Shown here one piece after another: positions 35,401 to 46,646 of a DNA stretch of 64,000 nucleotides. The notes below the pieces were generated by a model, which did not search any database, was not told the DNA's origin, and saw only the letters and a list, made by a program, of their open reading frames with translations. Made by a program: the position numbers and the translations under genes. This DNA comes from Klebsormidium nitens (Eukaryota; Plantae; Klebsormidiophyceae): assembly GCA_000708835.1 (NCBI GenBank), contig DF237149.1:83939-147938 (forward strand), in the 5' to 3' direction. The number at the start of each line of letters is the position of its first letter. Within the stretch, counting starts at the first letter, position 1.

Positions 35401-38400
35401 TACATTCGTTCTCTGGTTGCCTCTCTTCTCAACAGCCTCACCGTTTAAACGCTCTCCTGCCTCACAAAAGCAACACAACTCTTCCTTCCTCAAAAGTGCT
35501 TCGAAAGCTGGTCCTGTTGTCTGAGTACGAAAGCCCCCCTCAGTTTCTTTGCTCCTCTCACCCTTTCTCCTTTCTCATCGTTTCTGCCCCTTCCCCTGCA
35601 GCTGCTGTACCGCGCCGAGATCCCCTACGCCGGCACCGAGGCGCACCACATGGGTCAGTCCCCCGACAACAAGTTCCTCGTCGCCGGGGGGGTGTTTTCC
35701 AGCGTCCAGGGACTCCCCCAGGTGTTCTTCTACGACATCGCTGACGACCCGTACCACCCGCTGTACACCGGTGACATCGACCCCAAGAATAGCGGCATCA
35801 CCGACCAAGTCGTGTTTGACAGCCAGGGCCGCGCCATCATCACTCAGGTGCGTTCTGAAGATCGGTTCAGAAAGGAGTATTAAGTTCTGAAGATCGGTTC
35901 AGAAAGGATTGTAAAGTTCTGGAGATCGTTTCAGAAAGGAGTGTTAAGTTCTGGAGATCGGCTCAGCAAGGAAGTGTCAACAGAAGATCGGCTCAGAAAG
36001 AAAGTGTCAACAGAAGAAGTTTGTGGATCGGCTTAGAGGGGAAGAGATGTGTCAACAGAGATTCCCCAAACTTAGAGCATCGAGATTTGTCAACAGAAAT
36101 TTCACAGATGCTCTAAATCTGTGAAATTTCTGTTGACAAATCTCGATGCTCTCAGTAGTGCTATAGATACTCTTGAGCTCCTCAGGGATTCTGATAAGAG
36201 TCGGCTGAGAGTGTTGCATCTTCCGTGACGACCTCAGAAGCTGAAGTTCCCCTGCTTCGACGGTTCTGTGCCCCGCAAAGAAATCGAGTGATTGACGCGT
36301 CGAGTCTGCGCGATTTAATTGGATATGAGCGCATTGATGACCCCAATTCCACCCTATCACCGGACTCAGAGATGGTCAAGAAAGTGAGATGGTAAAGAAA
36401 TCGATGGTTAGGAACCTGAGATGGTGAAACAATCTCTCAAGCTTCAAAGAGTATCCCATCACTCGCAAAACCCACAGCCTCCGCTCCCACTCCCAAAACC
36501 CACAGCCTCCGCTCCCACTCCCAAAACCCACAGCCTCCGCTCCCACTCCCAAAACCCACAGCCTCCGCTCCCACTCCCAAAACCCACAGCCAAGGGAAAG
36601 CGCTGGCCGTTCGATCTGCAAAACCCACAGCCGAAGACAAACGTTGGCCGTTCGATTTGCAGATGGGCTCCTACACTGGCGGCACCCCCGGTCGCCTCCT
36701 CGAGGTCTATCCCCCCTTCCCGACCGACCTCGCCTCCGGCCTCAAGCCCGCCTTCGCTGAATACGGCACGGGGGGTCCCGGCGAGGACACAATGAACCCC
36801 CACGGACTGGACGTGAACGCCGACTCGACCATCGCAATTACCGGAGACTTCATCGAGCCCGTTTCGCTCTTCGCGGGATCCCCTGACCAGATCAAGTTCC
36901 GCGACACCATCCGCATCTGGCGCCGGAACGTGAACGGAAGCACCGGGTGGACCAACACCAAGACGTTCACCGTGCCCGGGGCTGGGGGCGTGCAGGACGT
37001 GCAGGTGCGGTGTTCCGTTTCCGGTCGTACACTGTGTTCCGGTCATACACGCGTCAGTCTCCGGCGGCAGGATTGATCACGACAGAGTCAAGTCTTGCTC
37101 ATGTGTTCTGGTAATGACCGCGTCTTTCTCTGGTGGCGAGATAGGATCTTGTTCAGGGTCCATTCGTTTTCATTTGTTCATCTATTTCATCGTTCTCGCG
37201 TCTTTCCCTGGCGGCAGAATGGAATCTTGTCAATCCAGACGAAATTTGCCATTTCATCGTTCTCGCGTCTTTCCCTGGCGGCAGAATGGAATCTTGCCGA
37301 TTGATAGACTAGACGCTGGAGGCTTGAGACGGCAACTTACACGAAATCTGCCTTTCTNNNNNNNNNNNNNNNNNNNNNNNNNNNNNNNNNNNNNNNNNNN
37401 NNNNNNNNNNNNNNNNNNNNNNNNNNNNNNNNNNNNNNNNNNNNNNNNNNNNNNNNNNNNNNNNNNNNNNNNNNNNNNNNNNNNNNNNNNNNNNNNNNNN
37501 NNNNNNNNNNNNNNNNNNNNNNNNNNNNNNNNNNNNNNNNNNNNNNNNNNNNNNNNNNNNNNNNNNNNNNNNNNNNNNNNNNNNNNNNNNNNNNNNNNNN
37601 NNNNNNNNNNNNNNNNNNNNNNNNNNNNNNNNNNNNNNNNNNNNNNNNNNNNNNNNNNNNNNNNNNNNNNNNNNNNNNNNNNNNNNNNNNNNNNNNNNNN
37701 NNNNNNNNNNNNNNNNNNNNNNNNNNNNNNNNNNNNNNNNNNNNNNNNNNNNNNNNGCCTCCAGCGTCTATTGTATCAGTCGGCAATCTGCCTTTCACAA
37801 GCCTCCAGCGGCCAGATTCTCAAGCCTCCAGCGTCTATTGTATCAGTCGGCAGACTTATATTTGGTCCATCTTAAGCCTTGAGACTTCAGCTTCTTGAGT
37901 TTCTCGAGTCTAACATTCAACCTCTCTTCTCTTCCCTTGGACAGTTCATCCCCGGCGATGCCCAGCAGCGCGCGCTCGCGACGCTCGTCAACGGCAACGG
38001 CCTGGCGCTGGTCAACCCGACGACCGAGACCGTGTCCGTCGTCTACAACTTCGCCAACGAGACGTGCGTGCCCCACGTGTCCGACATTTCCAACGACGGC
38101 AAGAAGTACTTTGTTTCGTGCATCGGCCTCGGCCAGGTGTGGATGATCGACATCTCCAACCCCGAGGCGCCCTTCAAGCTCGACGCCAAGGACACCGGCG
38201 GTCCCAGCTCCAACCCCCACTTCGTGCGCCTCACCCCCAACGACGACCGGTTGTTCGTCTCAAACTACTTCGTCACGGCCGGGCTCGCGTCGTCCCCCGG
38301 CGCGCGGAATGTGCTGTCGTTCAACGTGGGGGCGACCAGCCTTGAGGCCGACACTGCCTTCGGGTCGCTGTCGTTTGCTAACGTTGTGGACGACAACGGT

Positions 38401-38454
38401 GTGCAGACCAACTCCCGCCCCCACGGGATGACGGTCAACTATCTGAGCTGCTAG
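32401..38454 (+). CDS. Secreted SBP56/methanethiol-oxidase-like beta-propeller protein with two N-terminal Cys-rich modules (about 557 aa)
   Basis: Exons 32401-32463, 33028-33079, 33604-33771, 34338-34505, 35041-35165, 35602-35847, 36663-37004 and 37945-38454 join in phase (1,674 nt). Signal peptide MVPLKVVSVATLCLAATLLLQVDA. Family-like motifs: LYVWAG...DYVGVVSID...YGK, EAHHMG, NPHGLD, PHFVRL...RLFVSNYF, RPHGM. Confidence 0.8.
35850..36055 (+). repeat. Degenerate tandem repeat (about 30 bp) starting at an intron donor
   Basis: gttctg(a/g)agatcgg(t/c)tcagaaagga... repeated, grading into gtgtcaacaga units. Confidence 0.8.
36074..36152. repeat. Perfect 36-bp inverted repeat with 7-nt spacer (intronic hairpin)
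   Basis: agagcatcgagatttgtcaacagaaatttcacagat / gctctaa / atctgtgaaatttctgttgacaaatctcgatgctct. Confidence 0.95.
36467..36592 (+). repeat. 28-bp minisatellite, about 4 copies, intronic
   Basis: Unit cccacagcctccgctcccactcccaaaa repeated in tandem. Confidence 0.95.
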
Positions 38455-40887
38455 AGGAGAGTTTTGTCGAACTTCATGAGGCTTAATGAGAGGTTGACCT
38501 TTTTTCTTGGTTAGTCAGGATAGCGGTTAGTGAGAACGTCGACTTTTTGAGGTGCTGGAGTGTAAGAATCCGGACATACCCCTTCTTGACTTTGTGGCTC
38601 AATTACCTAGTAACTTATGCCATAGACATACTTATGCCATAGACATAGCGCAGTTTGTACCTCCAAGTCAAGTTGGTGTGGGCGCAGTTTGTACCTCCAA
38701 GTCAAGTTGGTGTGGGCGTAAGTCGTCAGTACTTAGTCAGTTGAGTTTTAGTTGAGTTTTAGTTGAGTTCATTGAGTGCATTGAGTGAAAAACCGAGGCT
38801 TCGGTTGGTGTAGGTGTGAGTGGGTAGTCACTTTTTAAGTCATCATAATGCGGCTGATAATGACATGCATCGAGGCTCCATGCAAATGCGGAAACGACAG
38901 CTGCAAAAATTGAGGCTTCGGTTGGACGTTGTCGGAAAGAGTCCCGCTAAGAGAGCGCTTAGTATTTGCTTGATGCTTAATGTGTGACCGACTGCCTTTT
39001 TCCCATTGAAGGTCCGCAAACGCGGTATAAGGGCGAAATGAAGGCTGCACTTATACCCAAGCCGCAATTGTTTTCATTACTAACGAGAGCTGCGAAAAGT
39101 TTGCGTGCCAAACTTGCATGCACATGCAAGCTTTGCTGGAGTCATTTTTGTTTGAACGATTCAGTAAACGAGGCGATCCTGGATGTTCACAACTGCAAGT
39201 TAAAGGCCATGCCTATATCCAAGCTAAATTGTCAGCTTAGGAACGAGAACCAGTGCGGAAAATCAGCCGCCAAACTTGGTTTTGAGAGCTGGATGTTCTC
39301 GACGTTCAGTGCATGTTAATAAAAGCTCTTAGGATGCTACATATCTATACTGTAGTCGCCCAACATCCTTGTAAGTACTGAGCATGTACGTGCGTGCAAA
39401 CTGATTGTCCGGACATGGGCCCTAGGTCACACATGCAAGCAGGGGCGATCAGTGCAGGAGGCTTGTCAATGGTGAGCATCACGTCTTGATCGAACCCGGT
39501 TCTAGTGTGACGCAACGCCCCATCCGGCCGCATCAACATTTTCCGCTTTGGTGTAGTAGCTGCCGGAGTCGCGGCCGGCAACTGTCGGACGCGGCCGCAG
39601 GGTTTATGTACGAAGTTCTGTAGGCACCGGCCAATCTTGGCCGTTCAGATAAAGCATGATGGTCGATCATCAACGGTCCAAAGCTATGGGCTGCTTCGTG
39701 TTGATCCGGTTCGTCTGAAACGGCCTGCCGGCCCGGACATGGGAGAGACTCAATTTAATGAGATACGACAAAGGTATGAGATAATATAGGAGAATAGGTA
39801 GCTCCAATAGGTAGCTCAGTTCGAGGGAGACTGTGGGGAGAGTCCGCAAGGAAGAAGTAGAGACTTTGCTTCTAGAGGCGCTCATCTCTGATGCAGTGAA
39901 AAGACACTCATGAGCAGCTCGACCTCCTCATCATTCATGTGCATCCGGACAGTGACTGCAGTGGCGCCGATCTTCATTTGTAAGTGAACATGAATGTTAT
40001 GCAATTTGATTCGGAACGTAACTTCTATTGCAATGGTGACTGTTCATACATGCAGCTGAAGTGAATAAGATCCGGGCGGCTGCGGGAAGAATCCTCGAAG
40101 AAGGGGTGTTCGTCACACTAGCTGGGCAACTACACCGCGGACGTGCCAGGTTAACCGGTGCAGTGTCATAAGACCACGTGCGCGATGTGCATGCATCTGA
40201 AGTGCATCAAGACAAATATTTGCAGGCAAAAATGACATGGTGACGTTCAACTACTTGCAGACGCACGGCTGGTCTGGACATCACCGGGTTTTGCATGGGG
40301 TGACCCCTGGCAAAGTAAAGCTGGATACCGGACTCGGCAGCTAGGCCGGACGATTGATCTGATCATGATCGTTCGCGCTCAAGCTCAATCATATAGCTAC
40401 ACAGTGACCACCCTTCTCACCCCTTCCGTACAAAGACAGCGGCCCTCTATTTGAGTTCCAAACTATCAAATTGCTAGCAAGATCACACCCTCAAGCACGC
40501 AGCGTATTGCACCACTAGAACTCATGTTTAGAAAGCCTCTTATGTCCACGTTACCTCCCTTGAGCTGCCTAACCAGATAATTACACTTACCCCGATCCTA
40601 GGCTGGCCTAAGTCATGATACAGTCTGTCTTCTCCGGTAACTTTTTGAGCATCCCTAACCACACGAGCTTCCCCGAGAAAAATGTGTACACTGTCCTGAT
40701 CAGCCTTATACCGCGGGCGTCGTCATTCCTACCCGTTTCCTTTTCAGGCAGCGAGTTTATCGTTCTATTTTCTGTACATGATCCGCTATGAGCTTGACCC
40801 TAGCGACCTGATCCTGGCTCAAGTCTATGTCATCGAGCCCGAGGTTTTAATCATGAAGGCGCGAAGCCCCGCGCTCCGGTACGGGCT

Positions 40888-43800
40888 TTATAACCTAAAG
40901 TATGCATGTATGCCCGGCCCCAGAAGGAGCGCCATCAGCGAAACGACAATGAACTCCACGAAATCCAAACCTTTGGCAGTGTGTGCAATGTACAGTCCGA
41001 CGAGAACGGACAGTGTCGCCAGGACTGATAGCGCCACTGAGCGCGTCTCGTCGATGGGGGGCAAGCTCCGGTCCGCCAGTTTGAGCGCTTGTTGGAGCAT
41101 CGAAAGGAGCGCCGCGTCGGTGATCGGATCCAGTTCGTCATCCTCCTGCGATGAAGGGAGCAAAACTTGGTTATCAGGTATGTGAGATTCAGGCCCCAAG
41201 AGCCTTAACCCCGAGGGCCTTGAACGAAAAGAGTAGCCGGTTTGAACGCGCGGGGCAAAACTTCTGTACGCAGATCATGTGGAACTCAGGCGCAGAGACC
41301 CTTAAACAAAGAGAGAGATCAGGCGCTGGAGCATTTAACAAAATGCCCGATCGAATCCAGTTCAACATGCTCTTGCAAGGACGGAGGCAAGCCTTTTCCG
41401 CAAACCACAGGGAGACGAGAACACAATAGTGCAGCCAGTTCTCCGCCCTTGTGAGAAGACGGAGAGACGAAACGAGCAGATCCCAAGGCCTCAGAGCTGC
41501 TTGTCCTCCCTATTGCCCTATCCGTTTCGTTTCAAGCAAGGACGGAACGGAAAAGCAGAACAAGGAGCTGAAAACGAATCAGATTTCTAGCAGACAAGGG
41601 AACGGTAGTGCAGTCAGTATTTCGTCCTGGTAAGAGGACGGAGACACGGAATGGGCTGATCTGAAGGCCTCAGGGCTGCTTACCCTCTCTTTCATTCCAA
41701 GCAAGGCCGGTCGGGAAAGCAGAACGTAGTAACTGACACCAGAGCAGCCCTCAAACCAAACGGAAGCGGAAGCGGAAAGACTAGTTCTGCGAGTGAAACC
41801 TTGCTAGTGAAGCTGGCACGATCAGGAGGGAGTCGCCGACGTTCACTCCCAGAGTCTCCGCAATCCAACGTACTGCGGCAACGGAAGCACCAGATCCGCG
41901 AGCTGACTGACCTGCTCGCGGCTGATAAAGCTAGCAATTCCAAAGGCCGAGTCCCAGTCTCCCCAATTCCAAAGGAAAGCGGAACGAGAGGAACTAGACT
42001 CACGAGGAAACTGACCTGTTCGCGGCCGGTGAAGCTGGCAATGTCGAAAACAGAGTCTCCGGCGTCCACTCCGAGGGTCTCCGCGATTAAGAGCCGCGCC
42101 CGGTCCCTGTCACCGGGGGACAGCTGGTCGCCGTGGGTCATCACTACGATTGGACTGTAGTCTGCGAAAAAAAAGGCGACCATCTTAGGCGACGCGAGCA
42201 CTGTCCTCCAGCGACAGCTGGTCGCCGCGGGGGTCATCAATAACAATGGAGCTGTGGTCTCCGAAAGGAAAGCGACAGGTTTTAGCAACCCATATGCTGT
42301 CACCGAGTGGCAGCTGGTCGCCGAGGGTCCATACCACAATGGGGCTGTCGTCTGCGAAACGAAAGACGACACTCAGCAACCCGGTCCCTGTTCCCCGGCG
42401 ACAGGTGGTCGCCGGGGATCATCACTGACAATGGGGCTTTAGTCTCTGGAAACGAAAGGCGACAATCTGAGGCGACCCGAGCACTGTCCTCCAGCGACAG
42501 CTGATCGCCGTGGGTCAGTACTACGATTGGGCTGTACTCTGCGGAAGGAAAGGCGACATTTCTCAGCAAACCTAACACCGGTCCCTGGTGACAGCTGGTC
42601 ACTGTGGGTCATTACTACGATGGGTCTGTGATCTGCAAGAAGGAAAGCGACATTTTAGCGACCCCGGTCGTTGTCCCTGGGTGACAACTGGTCGCCGTAG
42701 GGTCGGAGTCAGAGTAGTGGAGCGTTTCGGGGCCGTTCGGAGCATACGGGAACACCGATTCAAACATGAGTGCAACTGTTCGAACAGCTGACCTCTTTAA
42801 TAATTGAAAGTGCCGAATGAGACTAGTACTTTGCCGCAAGAACAAGGTTAGGGTGCTGCATCATCTGAACATTTGCACTCACCCTTAAACTGGTGCAGTG
42901 CGCTGTAGATGCCGCGCATGCATTGCGCCTCGACGCCCGCCCTACACCGTATTCCAGAAGAGAGCAAGGCTTGACTATCTGGATGGCTTCGAAAGTTTTG
43001 AACTTCGGCAAGCCAGCTAATGCAATCTGTGGAAAACCCTCCACGGAACCGTCAATCTTAGCATTCGACTCACCCTTGAACTGGTGCAGAGCGCTGTAGA
43101 TGCTGCGCATGCGTTGCGCCTCGACGCGCCGCTCCTCCCCCACGCGCTGCGCCGCGCTGTGCACCGCGGCCGCGTTCACGACGTAGATCGCGAAGTTGAC
43201 GCGGCGCCGGCGGAACGCCCGCTGGTGGCGCCGGACGCGGTCCTGCAGATTCGGACGCATTTAGTTGACTATTTTGTGCTATTTTTATGTTGTTTCTGTC
43301 TCCTTTTTTCCAATATAAAAGATTCTTTATTCGCTTACATACCAAAGAAAACTCCTTACTGCACAAAAACTCGGACGATACGAGACATAAACATAACATA
43401 ATAAAAAACGATCAACATCACGGTTCAGACGCTATTTGGACGTATTATTGCGAGATGCTTATCAGGTAGTGCTCGGATGCTGCTAGAACACGTTCGACCT
43501 GGTCGATGCTTCTCTGGAAGCGTTCGCAACGTCGGTTCGGACATGTTTGGCCAGACGCTGATATAGACGGGTTCGACGCTGGTCTGGACCATGTGTGGTC
43601 ATGTGGTCATGTTTGTACATGTGTGGTCAGACGCTAATATGGACGCTTTCGGACAGTTGTCCAGAATGCTTTTCTGGACGTTATCAAACCTCGAATCAGA
43701 CATGTTCGGCCAGATACTGAACTGCAAGTCTTTGAACGATTATCCGGGCGTATTTGGAGGCTTCTTCAACTGTGTCCGAATATACTTTCCGGCGTATTCG

Positions 43801-46646
43801 AGCCCTTTTGGACGCATTTCGACCAAAGGCCTTCTTGGGCGATCTGGTGTAAGCCAGTTTCAAGCATAAGTGAGATGAGATGTAGCTGACGAACTTCCTA
43901 GTCCGGCTGAAAATGGAGACACCTAGCAGCCAGAAGGCTTATTCGGTCTGTTAAGCTCTGAGTCAGGCTGAGCATGTGGCCAAGCATGTGGCCAAGAAAC
44001 AAAAGCAAGCGGAGCGGTCCTTACAGGCTACTCTCCACGTTTTCTCAAGCGTTTAGGATTCAAATCTCAGGAGTTTCGAGTAGTTAGGCAGGCAAATAAC
44101 GAACAAACAGTGCCTCACTTGGATCGCCTCGCGGCTTTCCTGTCCGTCTGAAGAACGGATCACCGCCTGCGAGTCGGCCACCCCGTGCTGGACCCACTCC
44201 TTGAGCAGGCCCACGTTCTCCCCGGTGTTGCCAACCGAGAGTCCCCGGGTGTCGAAGACGAGCAACCGGGGCGTGATGGAGTACTCTTGCAGGAGCAGGC
44301 TGTGGCTCCCGGTGGAAGAGCCTGCGTGACCGGTAGGAAGAATGTTAGCGTTGCAGGCTTCGGAGTTTGGTTTGCCGTTTGTGTCTTGGTAAACTAAAAA
44401 CAATCCAAAGCTCTTAAAAGCAAAGCTTATTGCAAGTTTGGATTTGACCGTTCTGGATTTGCTGTGTCAAAGATGGCGCAATTTTGCAGATGCAGGCGCT
44501 GGCTCCCGGTGGAAGAGCCTGCGTGAACCGTATAGAGAAGGTTGGCGTCGGGTCGTTGGAGTTTCCGTGTTTTGGAAACCTCTGGGGCAATAAGAAGCTA
44601 AAGAGTAGGGTCTCGTTGTTAAACCGCGTATGTGGGTTAGAGTCTGTGGGTTTTCATGTGACGGACTTGCCGTTCGTAATGGAAAAAGGGGGCCTTGAGC
44701 GCTTTCTGGTGGATAAACCTGTTGTGCAGTACTGTTACTGCTGCCAAGCTCCAGACTGCGGTGAAATATTCCGGAAGTACCGCTTTGGACGCAGATTTGC
44801 GGAGCTCAAGCAAAGACGAGATATCTGCAAATATGCGGCCGTCCCCAGAGGCAGGACGGAGGACTTGCAAAGGAAGAGAGCTTTAGCCTCAGATACTTAA
44901 CAGGGAACAACGCAAAACACATGCGAGCTACAGGAAACAACTTGGGACCTCTTGGGTCCGACTAATTCCAAGACTTTTCTTCAGAAGAGGTCAGACTCGC
45001 AGACCAAGACCAGGAAGACGAAAAAAGGTCGCGCAAGCGACTGCCCAGCGGAATTGACACCGCGCAAGCTCACTGGCAGTGGCGGCAATGTCGAGGTCCG
45101 TCCTGGTGTCATGCACCGCACGGTGGATGTTGTTGACCAGCGTCGACTTGCCGGCGCCCATGTCGCCCACTAGAAGGAGCACCGTCTTTTGCGGGATGAC
45201 GTAATCCTCTTTGGTCTTGTCGCCAGCTGGCAGCAGCTTGGCCCCTGGGGCATATGCCTGGATCTCGGCGCGCAGGGAGGCGAGGTCGGCCGCCTTCTTG
45301 GCAAGTCGCGCCTGGAAAGACAAGAGCATTAAGCTTCTGCTTGCTTCCAAAACTTCCAAAAATGAGGGAAACATTAACATATGGGGAAGAATTGATTACT
45401 ATTAGAGCTCCGCAACCTTGCTTAGTCTCCTGGCACTCTTGCGATTCCGCAAAATGCTTTGTTCAAAACGGCGAAACTGTGAAGATGTCTCAGGATTCCT
45501 TGTTTGCTTCGTGGAGTATACAATGCCTTCTGCTAACTGGCGGAATGGTGCTCAACCTTAGAACTGCTCCTGATGGACTTCCAATATCTAATGCAGCCTG
45601 TTTCTGGTGATTGGCACACGGCGGTTCTGGAGGCTTAAGGGAACAGCATGCCAGAAATGACTAAAGTAAAGCTTCATATTGCCGACCGGGCTGACGTGCA
45701 AAGATGGACTTCCTTTCGCAATCCAGCAGTAAGCTGTAACGTATTGCGCTGGGCAGACCTCGCGCGCCTTCCAATTCATCAAACACCGGGTCTGGACGCT
45801 GGGAGCAAGACAGGTGAGCAACAGAATACTGACCGAAAATATTAGGAAGTTTGATCAAGCACGTTTTAACCCGAACAGTTCAAGAGGGGATCCTTAAACC
45901 AGTGAAAGCAAACGTGTCGATAAAGACAGCGAGCATTGAAAGATCAAACGAGGAACCGAAAGAAGGTCACATCTCAACCAGACAAGACGTCCCGCTCACC
46001 TTACTCTTCTCCAGAGCCAGGATTGCAGCAGCATTGTGCGACGCTGCTTCGGCGCCTGCTGACTCGACACAAGCAGCCAGAGCCTCTCGGATCGCCTCTG
46101 CGTCCTCCTCCGCCTCAAAATCCCTCATTGCCTTCTGACGCAATGCCTGAGTGGGAACCGAGGCGTCCTCCTCCGGAAACGGGTCCGTCTTTCTGACACC
46201 TTCCACTGCATTCTCAGAGCGGTCCCCAGATTCTTTAGACAGGTCCCAAAATTCTCTAGACGTTACGACTTCGACGTCGGGAGTCAGTGGTGCGGCCACT
46301 GGTTCAGGCTGAGTTTTTGGCTGCTTTTTGTTCCGCTTTGCCTGTGTTTGCTCAAATGCCCACAGACGAAATTTCTCCCGTCTAGCCCTGGCCGTTTCCG
46401 CTGCACCGTTGTTCGTCTCCGCCCGTGCCTTTTTCTCTTCTTTGGTGCGCTTCTGATTCTCGGGCGTGTTTGGGGGGACGACTTCAGCGTCGGGTGACGT
46501 CAGTGGTGACGTCATCCGATCGGGCTGCGTTTCAGCGTCGCCTTTGCCTGCTGTGGTGACGTCACTTTCTTGCGGTTGTGCTTCGGACTGGGTGTCGTCC
46601 TCCACGTGATGCCAGCTGGACGCCAGTTGGGACTCATCAGCTGCGC
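40888..46646 (-). CDS. P-loop NTPase (plant P-loop/IFI44-like type) with C-terminal transmembrane anchor; 5' end not resolved
   Basis: Exons 46646-46000, 45311-45074, 44321-44119, 43242-43074, 42161-42016 and 41145-40888 join in phase. Motifs: Walker A LLVGDMGAGKSTLVN, LLQEY, LVFDTRGL, RRVNFAIYVVNA, PIVVMTHGD, VFDIA, and hydrophobic C-terminal helices. The first identified exon starts in phase 1, so upstream exon(s) exist. Confidence 0.85.
42165..42720 (-). repeat. Tandem degenerate copies of the 5' end of P-loop exon 42161-42016
   Basis: The gacagctggtcgcc..gggtcat.act...at.gg.ctgt.gtct.cg.aa motif recurs about 7 times between 42210 and 42700. Confidence 0.85.
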
